Shown: in pieces, positions 22,842 through 31,917 of the stretch
Position numbering within the stretch: position 1 is the stretch's first letter
Layout: the number at the start of each line of letters is the position of its first letter
From: Candidatus Poribacteria bacterium
Lineage (GTDB): Bacteria > Poribacteria > WGA-4E > JAJDTR01
Length of the DNA stretch: 64,000 bases
Reading direction: 5' to 3'
Assembly (NCBI GenBank): GCA_965222225.1
Contig: CBDCTK010000002.1
Span: forward strand, 1,888,001 to 1,952,000
Position numbers and translations under genes: made by a program
Notes under the pieces: model-generated
Told to the model about the DNA's origin: nothing
What the model saw: the letters and a program-made list of their open reading frames with translations, nothing else
Databases searched by the model: none

Positions 22842-23960
22842 ATGGCACTGAATGTCGGTGTCGTCGGTCTTAGTGGAATCGGAACCAAGCACACAAGCTG
22901 TTATGCAGACGATGAGTTGGCAGAGCTTGTAGCCGTATGCGATCTGGATGAAGAGCGTGCCGACAGTCTAGCGGAACAGTGCAACGTGAAGGCATATTAC
23001 AGCCTCAAGGACATGCTAGACGGTGAACCGAATCTTGATATAGTCGACGTCAGCACCGGAGGGAATGAGAACGGGAGCTGGCACTACGAACCCGGCATGC
23101 AGGCTTTGGAAGCGGGGAAACACGTACTCGTTGAGAAACCGCTATCGAATGACATTCGCGAAGCGCGAGAAATGGTCGGCAAAGCCGAAGAAAAAGATGT
23201 CTATTTTGGCTGCAATCTAAACCACCATTTCACTCCACCAGCTGATCGCGCAAAACAGTATATCGAAGACGGTGAAGTTGGTGAACTCGTCTACTGCCTC
23301 CACAAAATGGGGTTCGCCGGTGGGGAACGAACATACCAACCCCAAGATTCGCCCAGAATCAAAGGCTTTCCATATTTCCACATGAAAGCCTTCCTTTCGC
23401 ATCCCTTCAGTGTCATGCGGCACTTCTGCGGCGACGTGACGCACGTTCAAGCCTTCGTAACGCGCCCGAGTTTTCGGAAGAGCGCTGGCGATGTTATGTT
23501 ATCAGTGAACGGCATACACGTTCGGTTCGCCAACGACTGCATCGGCTACCTTCTCAGCCAACGCGGAGATGCGACCTTTGGGCTCGGCGGCTGGTGGAGT
23601 CTTGAGGTTGGGGGAACACGCGGAACATTCTGCGTCGAAAATTGCATTGAGAAGGTAACATTCTGGCGGGCACCCGGCGGGGAGGATGCCGCGCAGCCTG
23701 AAAATTTGGACGTGGGAACATCGTCGGGTCCCGTCGTCACGGAGTCCGGGATAACCGATTTCGGCGAGACCTTCCCGCGCAGAATCCACGCGTTTTTGGA
23801 AGACATCACGAATAACGTCCCTAAATTGCAACTCAGGGCTTCCGGGAGAGATGCATTGGCGGCGATGGAATATACATGGGCAGCGATGGAATCTTACGAA
23901 CAGGGCGGGATACTCGTCCGTCCACAGCCGCTGCCTCCGCAACATGCCCACCCTAGTTAG
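22842..23960 (+). CDS. Gfo/Idh/MocA oxidoreductase
   Basis: VGVVGLSGIG, AGKHVLVEKP. Confidence 0.92.
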   Translation: MALNVGVVGLSGIGTKHTSCYADDELAELVAVCDLDEERADSLAEQCNVKAYYSLKDMLDGEPNLDIVDVSTGGNENGSWHYEPGMQALEAGKHVLVEKPLSNDIREAREMVGKAEEKDVYFGCNLNHHFTPPADRAKQYIEDGEVGELVYCLHKMGFAGGERTYQPQDSPRIKGFPYFHMKAFLSHPFSVMRHFCGDVTHVQAFVTRPSFRKSAGDVMLSVNGIHVRFANDCIGYLLSQRGDATFGLGGWWSLEVGGTRGTFCVENCIEKVTFWRAPGGEDAAQPENLDVGTSSGPVVTESGITDFGETFPRRIHAFLEDITNNVPKLQLRASGRDALAAMEYTWAAMESYEQGGILVRPQPLPPQHAHPS

Positions 23961-24159
23961 AAACAGGGATTAGTAGAGAATGACGGGCTAAAACCGCTTC
24001 TCATTAACTATTGACTGCTCTTCTGTTTGCAATAGCGATTTTCGAACTTCAAACCGAAGATGGATTACCTCCATCGTGGGTAGACATTTCGCTCTTTACG
24101 AGCAATTGGGATTTCACTGACCACTAACCACTTGCCACTGTTTTCAAGGAATGAAATAG

Positions 24160-24957
24160 ATGAAATTAGGAGCTAATTCCGTCCTGTTTGGCGGTCATGA
24201 CATGGAAGTTGCCTTCAAGTATATCGCTATGGCTGGATACGACGGCATTGAGTTGTCTGCCATTGATGGCATGAGCGAACACCTCGTCCTCAATCGCTGG
24301 CGCGAACTTGCGCATGAGATTAAGCGACTGTCGAAAGATTATAGTCTCGAACTGTTGGCGATGGAACAACCATCACAAGACCACGCCACCATGGAGAAAG
24401 CCTTTCAAGCGACCGTCGAAATCGGGATTCCTATCGTCAACTGCGGTCCGGGCGGGAAATCCGATGATGAGGAATCTTGGCCCAAAATTATCGACTCACT
24501 TGGCAACTTGGCGGAGATGGCGGAACGATACGGCGTGACCTTGTGTGTGAAAGCGCACGTAGGCGCGAGCATTTACAACACGCCGACCACTCTGCGGGCG
24601 ATGGAGGAGATTTCCTCCCCCGCTTTCGGTATTGATATGGACCCGTCACACATTCATCGTGCCGGTGAAAATCCGGTTGAAGCCATTGCCGCCGTCATCT
24701 CACGGGTCAAGCACGTACATATTCGCGACTGTAAAGGGCGCGAGCCCGGACCGGGGAAGCCGGAATTGCAGGCAAGTGGCAGAGGAGACATAGATTTGGT
24801 CGGTTATATCCGTGTGTTGCATGAAAACAACTACACCGGCCCGCTTAATCTGGAAGTGATAGGTGCAAAGGAGTACGATGCTGCGCAATGCAGCGTCATC
24901 GTCGCCGAGTCGCGAGGCCACATGCAGGCGTGTCTGCAAGCGTGTGGGGCAAGATAA
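24160..24957 (+). CDS. Sugar phosphate isomerase/epimerase (TIM barrel)
   Basis: AGYDGIEL, DPSH, HVHIRD, G.GDID, LNLEV. Confidence 0.9.
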   Translation: MKLGANSVLFGGHDMEVAFKYIAMAGYDGIELSAIDGMSEHLVLNRWRELAHEIKRLSKDYSLELLAMEQPSQDHATMEKAFQATVEIGIPIVNCGPGGKSDDEESWPKIIDSLGNLAEMAERYGVTLCVKAHVGASIYNTPTTLRAMEEISSPAFGIDMDPSHIHRAGENPVEAIAAVISRVKHVHIRDCKGREPGPGKPELQASGRGDIDLVGYIRVLHENNYTGPLNLEVIGAKEYDAAQCSVIVAESRGHMQACLQACGAR

Positions 24958-25126
24958 ACGCGATTACATCTCAAAATCTGTACGCAGCCGGTTATTAGAT
25001 CGTTTCCACCGGCTCATGGAGTAACGATGTTATCTGCTGCTGAATCCCAAATGTTGGAATACCTGTCTACCGTGCTGGGACTCACATTGTTAAATGGTTC
25101 AGCCACGATTTGGTATGACGCCGGTT

Positions 25127-26269
25127 TTACCCTTGGATTTCCACCGAGGGTGGATTAACGTAGTCATGATACCGATCGTTAATCCTACCCCTGCTTGCGT
25201 CGTAACGATGTACGCAAATGCGGTAACGGAAGGTCAAGGAAGTACCTGCTGGGATTGTGTGCGTGCCGTCTTTGAGGAAACTGCTTCGGTAGACAGCGTA
25301 TCCAAATGGGTTTGCCGTCATCAAACCGTAATCGCGTACGTGCCAACAGGTCGGATGCCGCAGGTTCATCGGATGATCGAAGATCGCGATGCCCATCTCT
25401 TGTCCATCGACTCTACCTGAATAATCGCACCAATGAGCGGGCTTGCCCCAACACTCGGACTCGCCAACTCCTCCTACGCTGTTTTCAATTCGCCCGCCTT
25501 TATTCGCGTCCATCGACGTGGCAACACGGACGCTACAGAACGCCCCCTCTTTGGTATCGCCCAGCCGGACATCGCGATCTTGCGCCTTTAACGTTACGGT
25601 CAAGTCCATTAAACGTGCCACGTCAGGGGTCGCGTAAAAACACGCTGTTCGTGTCTCTTTCATCACACACCGATGGGCATGATCCTCCCAATCCAGATGG
25701 TGTTGGAATTCTCCGAGCACAGGCCCATCCACAACGTAAGTAAACTGGCGGTGCGTCTGCCAGCCGTGTTCGCCTTCTTCAATCCAATTATCCGTTCCGT
25801 TTACGTCGCCAAATGCCACCCATACGGAACGATGATGGATGTGGTCGGGTGTTTCGCCTTCCACCTCTGCCATGGGATAGTTCCGTGTAATCTGTTTCTG
25901 ATCAGGTCCGAGAAAAGGATAGAAGTGTGGGCGCGGAAACTTGGAATCATATTGATAGCAGGTGAACTCCTGTTCTCCGATTTTGATGTCAATCGCGCTG
26001 TCATTACTACGGTGATCGAAGCATACCCCAAGCTCTGTATCCAGACGATTCACCTCGGGTTCGAAGGTCAGACGCATTTCGCTGTGTTCTGCCAACTCGT
26101 CGATGACGAACCACAATGCCCCCTTGTGAATCTGACACGGAACCTCAGTCCCTGTATCACCTCGCGTGAGTCGACCGCTTAAAGGGTTGTCTGATAGCTT
26201 GATGCTTACCGGAGTGTGAAGTCGCTCATGCGCCCCGGCTTTAACAAGAAGGTTGATTGGCTTTGTCAT
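25127..26269 (-). CDS. DUF6807 ('PmoA-family') protein
   Basis: RPHFYP, ITRNYPM, DHIHHRS, GDTKEG, WCDYSG, DHPMN.RHPT.WHVRDYGL..ANPFG. Confidence 0.85.
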   Translation of the reverse strand: MTKPINLLVKAGAHERLHTPVSIKLSDNPLSGRLTRGDTGTEVPCQIHKGALWFVIDELAEHSEMRLTFEPEVNRLDTELGVCFDHRSNDSAIDIKIGEQEFTCYQYDSKFPRPHFYPFLGPDQKQITRNYPMAEVEGETPDHIHHRSVWVAFGDVNGTDNWIEEGEHGWQTHRQFTYVVDGPVLGEFQHHLDWEDHAHRCVMKETRTACFYATPDVARLMDLTVTLKAQDRDVRLGDTKEGAFCSVRVATSMDANKGGRIENSVGGVGESECWGKPAHWCDYSGRVDGQEMGIAIFDHPMNLRHPTCWHVRDYGLMTANPFGYAVYRSSFLKDGTHTIPAGTSLTFRYRICVHRYDASRGRINDRYHDYVNPPSVEIQG

Positions 26270-26282
26270 GTATTGCTTATTC

Positions 26283-27110
26283 CTATATTGCGCCCGCTTC
26301 TCGAAACGTCCGTTTCAGGTACGCTAGGCTTTCGCGGGCAATTGACTCGGGATTTGGTTCGTAGTTAAAGACTTCCACCGATACCACTCCGTCGTATTCC
26401 ACCTTTTTCAGGGCGCGGGCGATGGGAACAAAATCGATCTCGCCGAATCCTGGGCCCCGCAGATTGGGATCGTTGGCGTGAAAATAGGCAAGATATTCCT
26501 GATTCTCGCTGATGATTTCGTCAATGGTCTTCTCTTCACTGCACATGGCATTCACATCCAAATGCAACCGGCATGCGGGATGGTCTACAGCCTTAATCAC
26601 CCGCACGGTCTCCTCGGCGTTTACCATGAAATTGGTATATTCGGCGGAAAGAGGTTCCAATGCTAGGGTCACCCCCAAGGGATACGCAACATCGCACACA
26701 TCGCGAAATAGTTCCACTGCCCTCCCGAATGCGTCATCGTACGTTTCGCCGGGCAACACATCCCGATGTTTGGGGCTACCGAAAACTATAACCTCGCCCC
26801 CCATAACGGCGCAGATGCGAGTCAAATGTTGGAGGACTTCCTTGGTGCGTTTTCGGATTTCACCATCTGGGCAGGTCAACTGCAGCCCTTCCGGCTTCTG
26901 CAGCAGCCAATGAAATCCTGTCACGGTAAGCCCGGATGCCTTGGCGAGGTCGCCGATTTTCCGAGCGTCACTCTCGGTAATCCTGCTTGGGTCATTGTTG
27001 AGTGTAAATGGTGCGATTTCGACCGCGTCATAGCCGCTTTCGGCGATGTCCGCGCAAGCAGCTTCAAAATCCCAACCCTCGTAGGTCTCGTTGCAAATGG
27101 CAAATTTCAT
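26283..27110 (-). CDS. Sugar phosphate isomerase/epimerase (tagatose-epimerase-like)
   Basis: MKFAICNE, GYDAVEIAPF, FGSPKHR, EPL, HANDPNLRGPG. Confidence 0.9.
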   Translation of the reverse strand: MKFAICNETYEGWDFEAACADIAESGYDAVEIAPFTLNNDPSRITESDARKIGDLAKASGLTVTGFHWLLQKPEGLQLTCPDGEIRKRTKEVLQHLTRICAVMGGEVIVFGSPKHRDVLPGETYDDAFGRAVELFRDVCDVAYPLGVTLALEPLSAEYTNFMVNAEETVRVIKAVDHPACRLHLDVNAMCSEEKTIDEIISENQEYLAYFHANDPNLRGPGFGEIDFVPIARALKKVEYDGVVSVEVFNYEPNPESIARESLAYLKRTFREAGAI

Positions 27111-27251
27111 TGGGTGTGATACTGTCAGTGACTACGACCAGATACCTTACTGAAAGGGATAAGAGAACGATTTAGGACTTTCATAGCAACGGTAGGATCA
27201 ATCTCCGAGTCGTGACCTTTTGTGGCTGAGTAAGTCCTACGAGGAATACTT

Positions 27252-28007
27252 TCAGGGGTTGCAGACATGTAATGCATTCTTCAGCGCTTCCACGGGATCC
27301 CCTGTGGGAATGAATTCGTGCCCTACGTATCCATCGTAGCCCGTATCCCTGATTGCGGTGATGACTACCGGGTAATAAATTTCCTGAGTTTCGTCAAGAT
27401 TATTTCGTCCGGGATTTCCCGCCGTGTGATAATGAGCAAAGTGTTCATGGTTGTCTTGGATAGTGCGGATTAGATCGCCTTCCATGATTTGCATGTGATA
27501 GATATCGTAGAGTAGCTTTACCCGTGGTGATTCGACACGTTTGATGACTTCTACCCCCCATTCGGTCCGGTCACACTGATAGCCTGCGTGGTTTACTTTG
27601 CTGTTCAACAACTCTAGCACCAAATACACGTCTGCCTCTTCCGCTGCCTTTGCCACCCGCCGCAATCCTTCCGCGGTTATGTCTATACCCCGCTCATCAC
27701 TTTCGCCGTGGCGATTTCCGGAAAAACAGATTAAGCAGCGTATTGAATACCTTTCCGCCAGTTTGAGGTTCTCGACAATTTCTCTTTCAATGCGATCATG
27801 ATTGCCGGTTTTGTTAAGACCGTCGCCAAGACTTTCGTGTCCGACTACGGCGGCAATTTCTAAGCCGGCACCCCGGATGGCGTCCCAGTGTTGCTGTCCG
27901 ACAAGTTCGATTCCATCGAACCCCAACTTGACGACGCTTGAGATTAGTTTTTCCGGGGGCATTCGGCTTTCAAAGCACCACCAAGAAATAGAATGTCGAA
28001 TCGTCAT
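27252..28007 (-). CDS. Hydroxypyruvate isomerase family TIM-barrel protein
   Basis: ELLNSKVNH, LLYDIYHMQIMEG, HYHTAGNPGR, GHEFIP. Confidence 0.9.
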   Translation of the reverse strand: MTIRHSISWWCFESRMPPEKLISSVVKLGFDGIELVGQQHWDAIRGAGLEIAAVVGHESLGDGLNKTGNHDRIEREIVENLKLAERYSIRCLICFSGNRHGESDERGIDITAEGLRRVAKAAEEADVYLVLELLNSKVNHAGYQCDRTEWGVEVIKRVESPRVKLLYDIYHMQIMEGDLIRTIQDNHEHFAHYHTAGNPGRNNLDETQEIYYPVVITAIRDTGYDGYVGHEFIPTGDPVEALKNALHVCNP

Positions 28008-28250
28008 TTTATACGTCCTTTAAAAGAGATTGGAGCGAGACGGGCCGTGCTCGCATAACTATAAAGTCTCGAAAGAGCGAATCTCTGACGCGAAGATAGC
28101 AGGGCAGATGACATCTTTGGAAAACCGTAGGGACACTATTCTATGCGTTGAACCCCTTTTGTACAATAAGAAAATTTAGCATCTCGGCAGAGACTCCAGG
28201 AAGAGAATGAATCCCTCATTCGCGGGGTTGTAAATCTCTTGACTCTTGTT

Positions 28251-29063
28251 CTAATAGTCAACAATTTGACAGAATTTGAATAACTCACGCGTCCGCTCCG
28301 AAAAGCCCTCGTATGATTCAGGCGGTACTTTCATTTGGTGTCCGATGTCAATCCAAGACAACCCATAGCCGACAACAACCTCGGGACGCGGCGCGTTGGA
28401 AATGTTTGGCGTGCCGCGATGGAGCATACGAGGGTCCTGTATCCACATCGATCCCTTTTTCATGTTGAGCTGGCGAGCCGACGGAAAATCACCCCGCGTC
28501 AGCACCTCGTCATACAGGCTCTGCAAGTCGGGATTAGCAATATATTGAGTAGAAGGAAGCACTTCGACGCTGCCATTCTCCTCAGAAGTGTCCACGAGCG
28601 GAAACTTGATGCCCAGTATCGGGCAGGTATCAAGACCGACATGCGGAATCTCGCCGGGCAGCGGCGTGTCTCGGTGCCAGTGCTGGTACTCACTCCCCGG
28701 GTAAGGGTTGTTGGAATGAAAGCATTTGATATAGAACTCCTCTTTTCCCCAATAGCGCTTGAGAAACTCGAGAATAACAGGATTTTCATATACCTCCGGG
28801 TCGGCGAACGGAGGTACCCACGGAATTGTCATCGTGTAGCGGTTTACATTCTGTTGGCGCCCGAAACCTGTTCGCAGGTCGCCCCATTCTCTGTCAGCGA
28901 TGCCGGCTTCCCGCTTCCTGATATGTTCTAGCATCGGCAGAAACGCTGCCCGAATGCGGTCCACCGCGTTGACTGAAAGGACATCCTCCAATACGACGTA
29001 GCCGTTAATCCTGAACTCGGCAACTCTTAAGTCGAAGTCTACGTCTTCACACTTTACAGTCAT
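28251..29063 (-). CDS. Phytanoyl-CoA dioxygenase family protein
   Basis: GYVVLEDV, QHWHRD, PLVD...ENG, LHRGTPN (HxD...H facial triad). Confidence 0.9.
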   Translation of the reverse strand: MTVKCEDVDFDLRVAEFRINGYVVLEDVLSVNAVDRIRAAFLPMLEHIRKREAGIADREWGDLRTGFGRQQNVNRYTMTIPWVPPFADPEVYENPVILEFLKRYWGKEEFYIKCFHSNNPYPGSEYQHWHRDTPLPGEIPHVGLDTCPILGIKFPLVDTSEENGSVEVLPSTQYIANPDLQSLYDEVLTRGDFPSARQLNMKKGSMWIQDPRMLHRGTPNISNAPRPEVVVGYGLSWIDIGHQMKVPPESYEGFSERTRELFKFCQIVDY

Positions 29064-29334
29064 TGATTCCTCCGGCGTCGACTGGATTGTTCAGATTGTC
29101 GCAACGGTTTTGCTCATCAATCTGTATTGAGAAAACCGGTTGAAAAATCCATCGAATTGTCAAATCCAACTGTACTCTCTCAAAAAAGTGTCCACGTCAA
29201 TCAGATGAGTACGAAACCAAGGCCGATGAATCGGCGCATCATAAACCGCGCCGGATGTGGACTAGATAGGGCAAAAATCGGCGATTTGCTAATCGACGAT
29301 TGCTACTACATACCGAGCTGTATAAACTCGAATC

Positions 29335-30062
29335 TTAATACCACACTGCTTTATCCACAACGTTGCGTAACGGCTGTCCATTGGCAAACCGACGTGCGTT
29401 TTCCAAGAGAATCTCATATCGACGTTCGGTGACGCTCTCAGCATCTTTTGCCGCGATATGCGGTGTCAACAAGACATTCGCCAGCCTCCAAAGCCTATGT
29501 TCTTTCGGCAGTGGTTCTTCCTCGAACACGTCCAACCCGGCGCCGGCAATTCGGTTACTCTCAATCGCATCGGCAAGGTCATCAATTTTCGTGGTCTTGC
29601 CCCGACCGACATTTATAAAGTAGGCTGTCTGCTTCATCAAACCAAACCGTTTAGCGTTCCACATTCCTTCCGTTTCCGGAGTATGCGGTGTCGTGGCAAC
29701 AATAAAATCCGCACGCGGAATTAAGTCATCAAGGGTTCCCGGGGTGTGCAGTTCGACGAACGGCAGTTCATATTCGCATCGTGGATCAACACCAACGACC
29801 GTCATGCCGAATTCCGCGCAAAGTCTCGCCGTTTCGTGGCCAATACCACCGACTCCAATGATGAGCACCGTCGTCTCGGCAAGATCGATGTACCGGCTTT
29901 TGCGTGCGTCAGGATCCCAAATCGCTTGACGTTGGGCATCATAATAGTAAGGAAGACCTCGCGCAAGCGCGAGCAGAAACATCATGATATGATGGCTGAT
30001 ATGATCGAAGTAGATGCCGCGAGGATTGCAGATAGTTACGGGATGTTCAATTAATTCTTTAC
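29335..30062 (-). pseudogene. D-2-hydroxyacid dehydrogenase, 5'-truncated at the IS1595 left end
   Basis: GVGGIG, INVGRG, LDVFEEEPL, TPHIA. The frame continues KELIEHPVTICNPRGIY up to about 30063 and stops inside the IS end; the N-terminal domain is missing. Confidence 0.85.
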
Positions 30063-31309
30063 GGAATTAGTAGCTTGTAGCTTTTAGACTGACGACAAAC
30101 ATAAAACTTGGTACCCTGTCGTAAATCTTTTCGTCACACGTAGATGTCCATAGTGACTATTCTTCTCGTAGGAGTTTGCTATGGACATTTTGAATCTTAT
30201 GAAAGAGTTTCCAAATCAAGAATCTTGTCTCAGATTTATAGAGGAAAAACGTTGGAAGGACGGTGTTTGCTGTATCCACTGTGGCAGTGAAAAAGTTGGA
30301 CGCAAGAACAAAAACGACATTACTACTGGTTGGAATTGCTACGATTGTGAATCTAGCTTTTCGGCTACAGCAGGAACCATCTTCCATGGTACCAAGATAC
30401 CTCTCCAGAAATGGTTTTTGGCTATCTCAATTCTTTCCAATGCCAAGAAAAGCATATCGAGTTGTCAGCTTGCTCGTGACTTGGACATGAATCAAAAGTC
30501 CGCTTGGTATATGGCAATGCGCCTCCGTGAGAAAATGAGTGATAGTGATGAATTGCTGAAAGGGATAGTTGAAGCGGACGAAACCTATGTCGGCGGCAAA
30601 CCCAGAGCAAAATCTAAGAGAGGTAGAGGCACAAATAAATCTCCCGTCATCGGCGTAGTCGAGAGAGGCGGTCGGGTGGTTGCTAAATTCATGAAGGTTC
30701 TATCTGGTGAAAATATCAGAGAATTCATCCTTAGCAATGTCTCACCCGATGAGTCTATTCTTATGACTGATGAATTTCGCTCTTACAATAGTCTGGACGA
30801 AGATATCGAAAGACATGTTATCCATCACCAAGAGAGATATGTTTCTGAGGACGGCGTAACTCACACCAACACCATCGAGTCGTTTTGGGCTTGTGTCAAG
30901 AGGTCATTCTACGGAACGCATCATCACTACAGCAAGAAGTGGCTGCCACTGTATATCATGGAGTCTTGCTGGAAATATAATCGCAGAAAAGATGATGAGA
31001 TTTTCATAAGATTTTTTGATGAATGCTTCACCTGAGCCACATGAATTGTTTGGCTATCGGTATATTCTGTCAACGACAACATCATGGTGTGCTGAAAATC
31101 CCATAGTGTTGGAAATTAAAATCCCGCAGATAACCCGCAATGCTCCCGCGAGCATGTACAAACGCTTGGTCAACATGATATGCCTCCATTTCTCTCTTAT
31201 AGAGATGTATTTTAGTGTGAATCAAGATTCCGAACACTGTCTAAAGTTATTGTACATTAAGAAAAGAAAAGCAAGCAAATCAACCAAAAAGCAGTTAACT
31301 ACTAAGTCC
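30063..31309 (+). mobile_element. IS1595-family insertion sequence
   Basis: Imperfect terminal IRs GGAATTAGTAGCTTGTAGCTTTT (30063) and reverse complement GGACTTAGTAGTTAACTGCTTTT (ending 31309); AT-rich; no target duplication. Confidence 0.85.
30181..31035 (+). CDS. IS1595-family (ISXO2-like) transposase
   Basis: Zn ribbon CIHC...CYDC, GTIFH, EADETYVGG, MTDE, HTNTIESFW. Confidence 0.95.
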   Translation: MDILNLMKEFPNQESCLRFIEEKRWKDGVCCIHCGSEKVGRKNKNDITTGWNCYDCESSFSATAGTIFHGTKIPLQKWFLAISILSNAKKSISSCQLARDLDMNQKSAWYMAMRLREKMSDSDELLKGIVEADETYVGGKPRAKSKRGRGTNKSPVIGVVERGGRVVAKFMKVLSGENIREFILSNVSPDESILMTDEFRSYNSLDEDIERHVIHHQERYVSEDGVTHTNTIESFWACVKRSFYGTHHHYSKKWLPLYIMESCWKYNRRKDDEIFIRFFDECFT

Positions 31310-31782
31310 CAATTTTTTTCGCCCAATACAAGTGTGGTAAGCTGGGTAAGGTTGGCGAGGGGACTGATATCCGTGATGTTGTTGCTGTCCAAAGGCAGTG
31401 TAGTAAGTTCAATGAGGTTAGCGAGGGGGCTGAGGTCATTAATTTGGTTGCCGTGAAGGCGTATAAAAGTTAGATTTACAAGGGGGGAAAGCGCGCGTAA
31501 ATCAGAAATATCGTTGTTATGAAGCAAAAGGGAAGTGAGGGAGGTGGCGTGTTCTAAGCCGGTGAGGTCCGAGATGCCGCGGCCTCCCGCGTCCAAATGC
31601 CTGAGGTCGCGGCGTAAAACAGATGCATCCAACTTGACCTCAGGACGGTGGGCGATATCAAGCGCCTCCCGGATGGCGGCACGAAGGTTGGGGTCGGGTA
31701 TCTCAACAACTTGCGCAAATGCAGCGCTGCACAGCGCGATATAGAGCAAAACATATAGCGTAATTCTACGTCCAAAATCCAT
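31310..31782 (-). pseudogene. Secreted leucine-rich-repeat protein, 3'-truncated by IS1595
   Basis: Signal peptide, IPDPNLRAAI cap and internalin-like LxxLxLxxNxIxDLSPL repeats; the frame runs into the IS right end. Confidence 0.85.
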
Positions 31783-31917
31783 CAGTCCCTCCTTTTCAAT
31801 CGTAAGCCTTCCCATAAAATCAACCAATTCCTCCAAACAATACAAGTCTACCACACATCCCTTCCCTCTTCCATCCTTCCTCATTCCTAGGGTGCCTATT
31901 CCTTTACCAGCCACTGG

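Noticed and set aside
25127-26269. Methane monooxygenase implied by the 'PmoA' family label
   Set aside because: Soluble DUF6807-type sequence with no transmembrane helices and no pmoB or pmoC nearby
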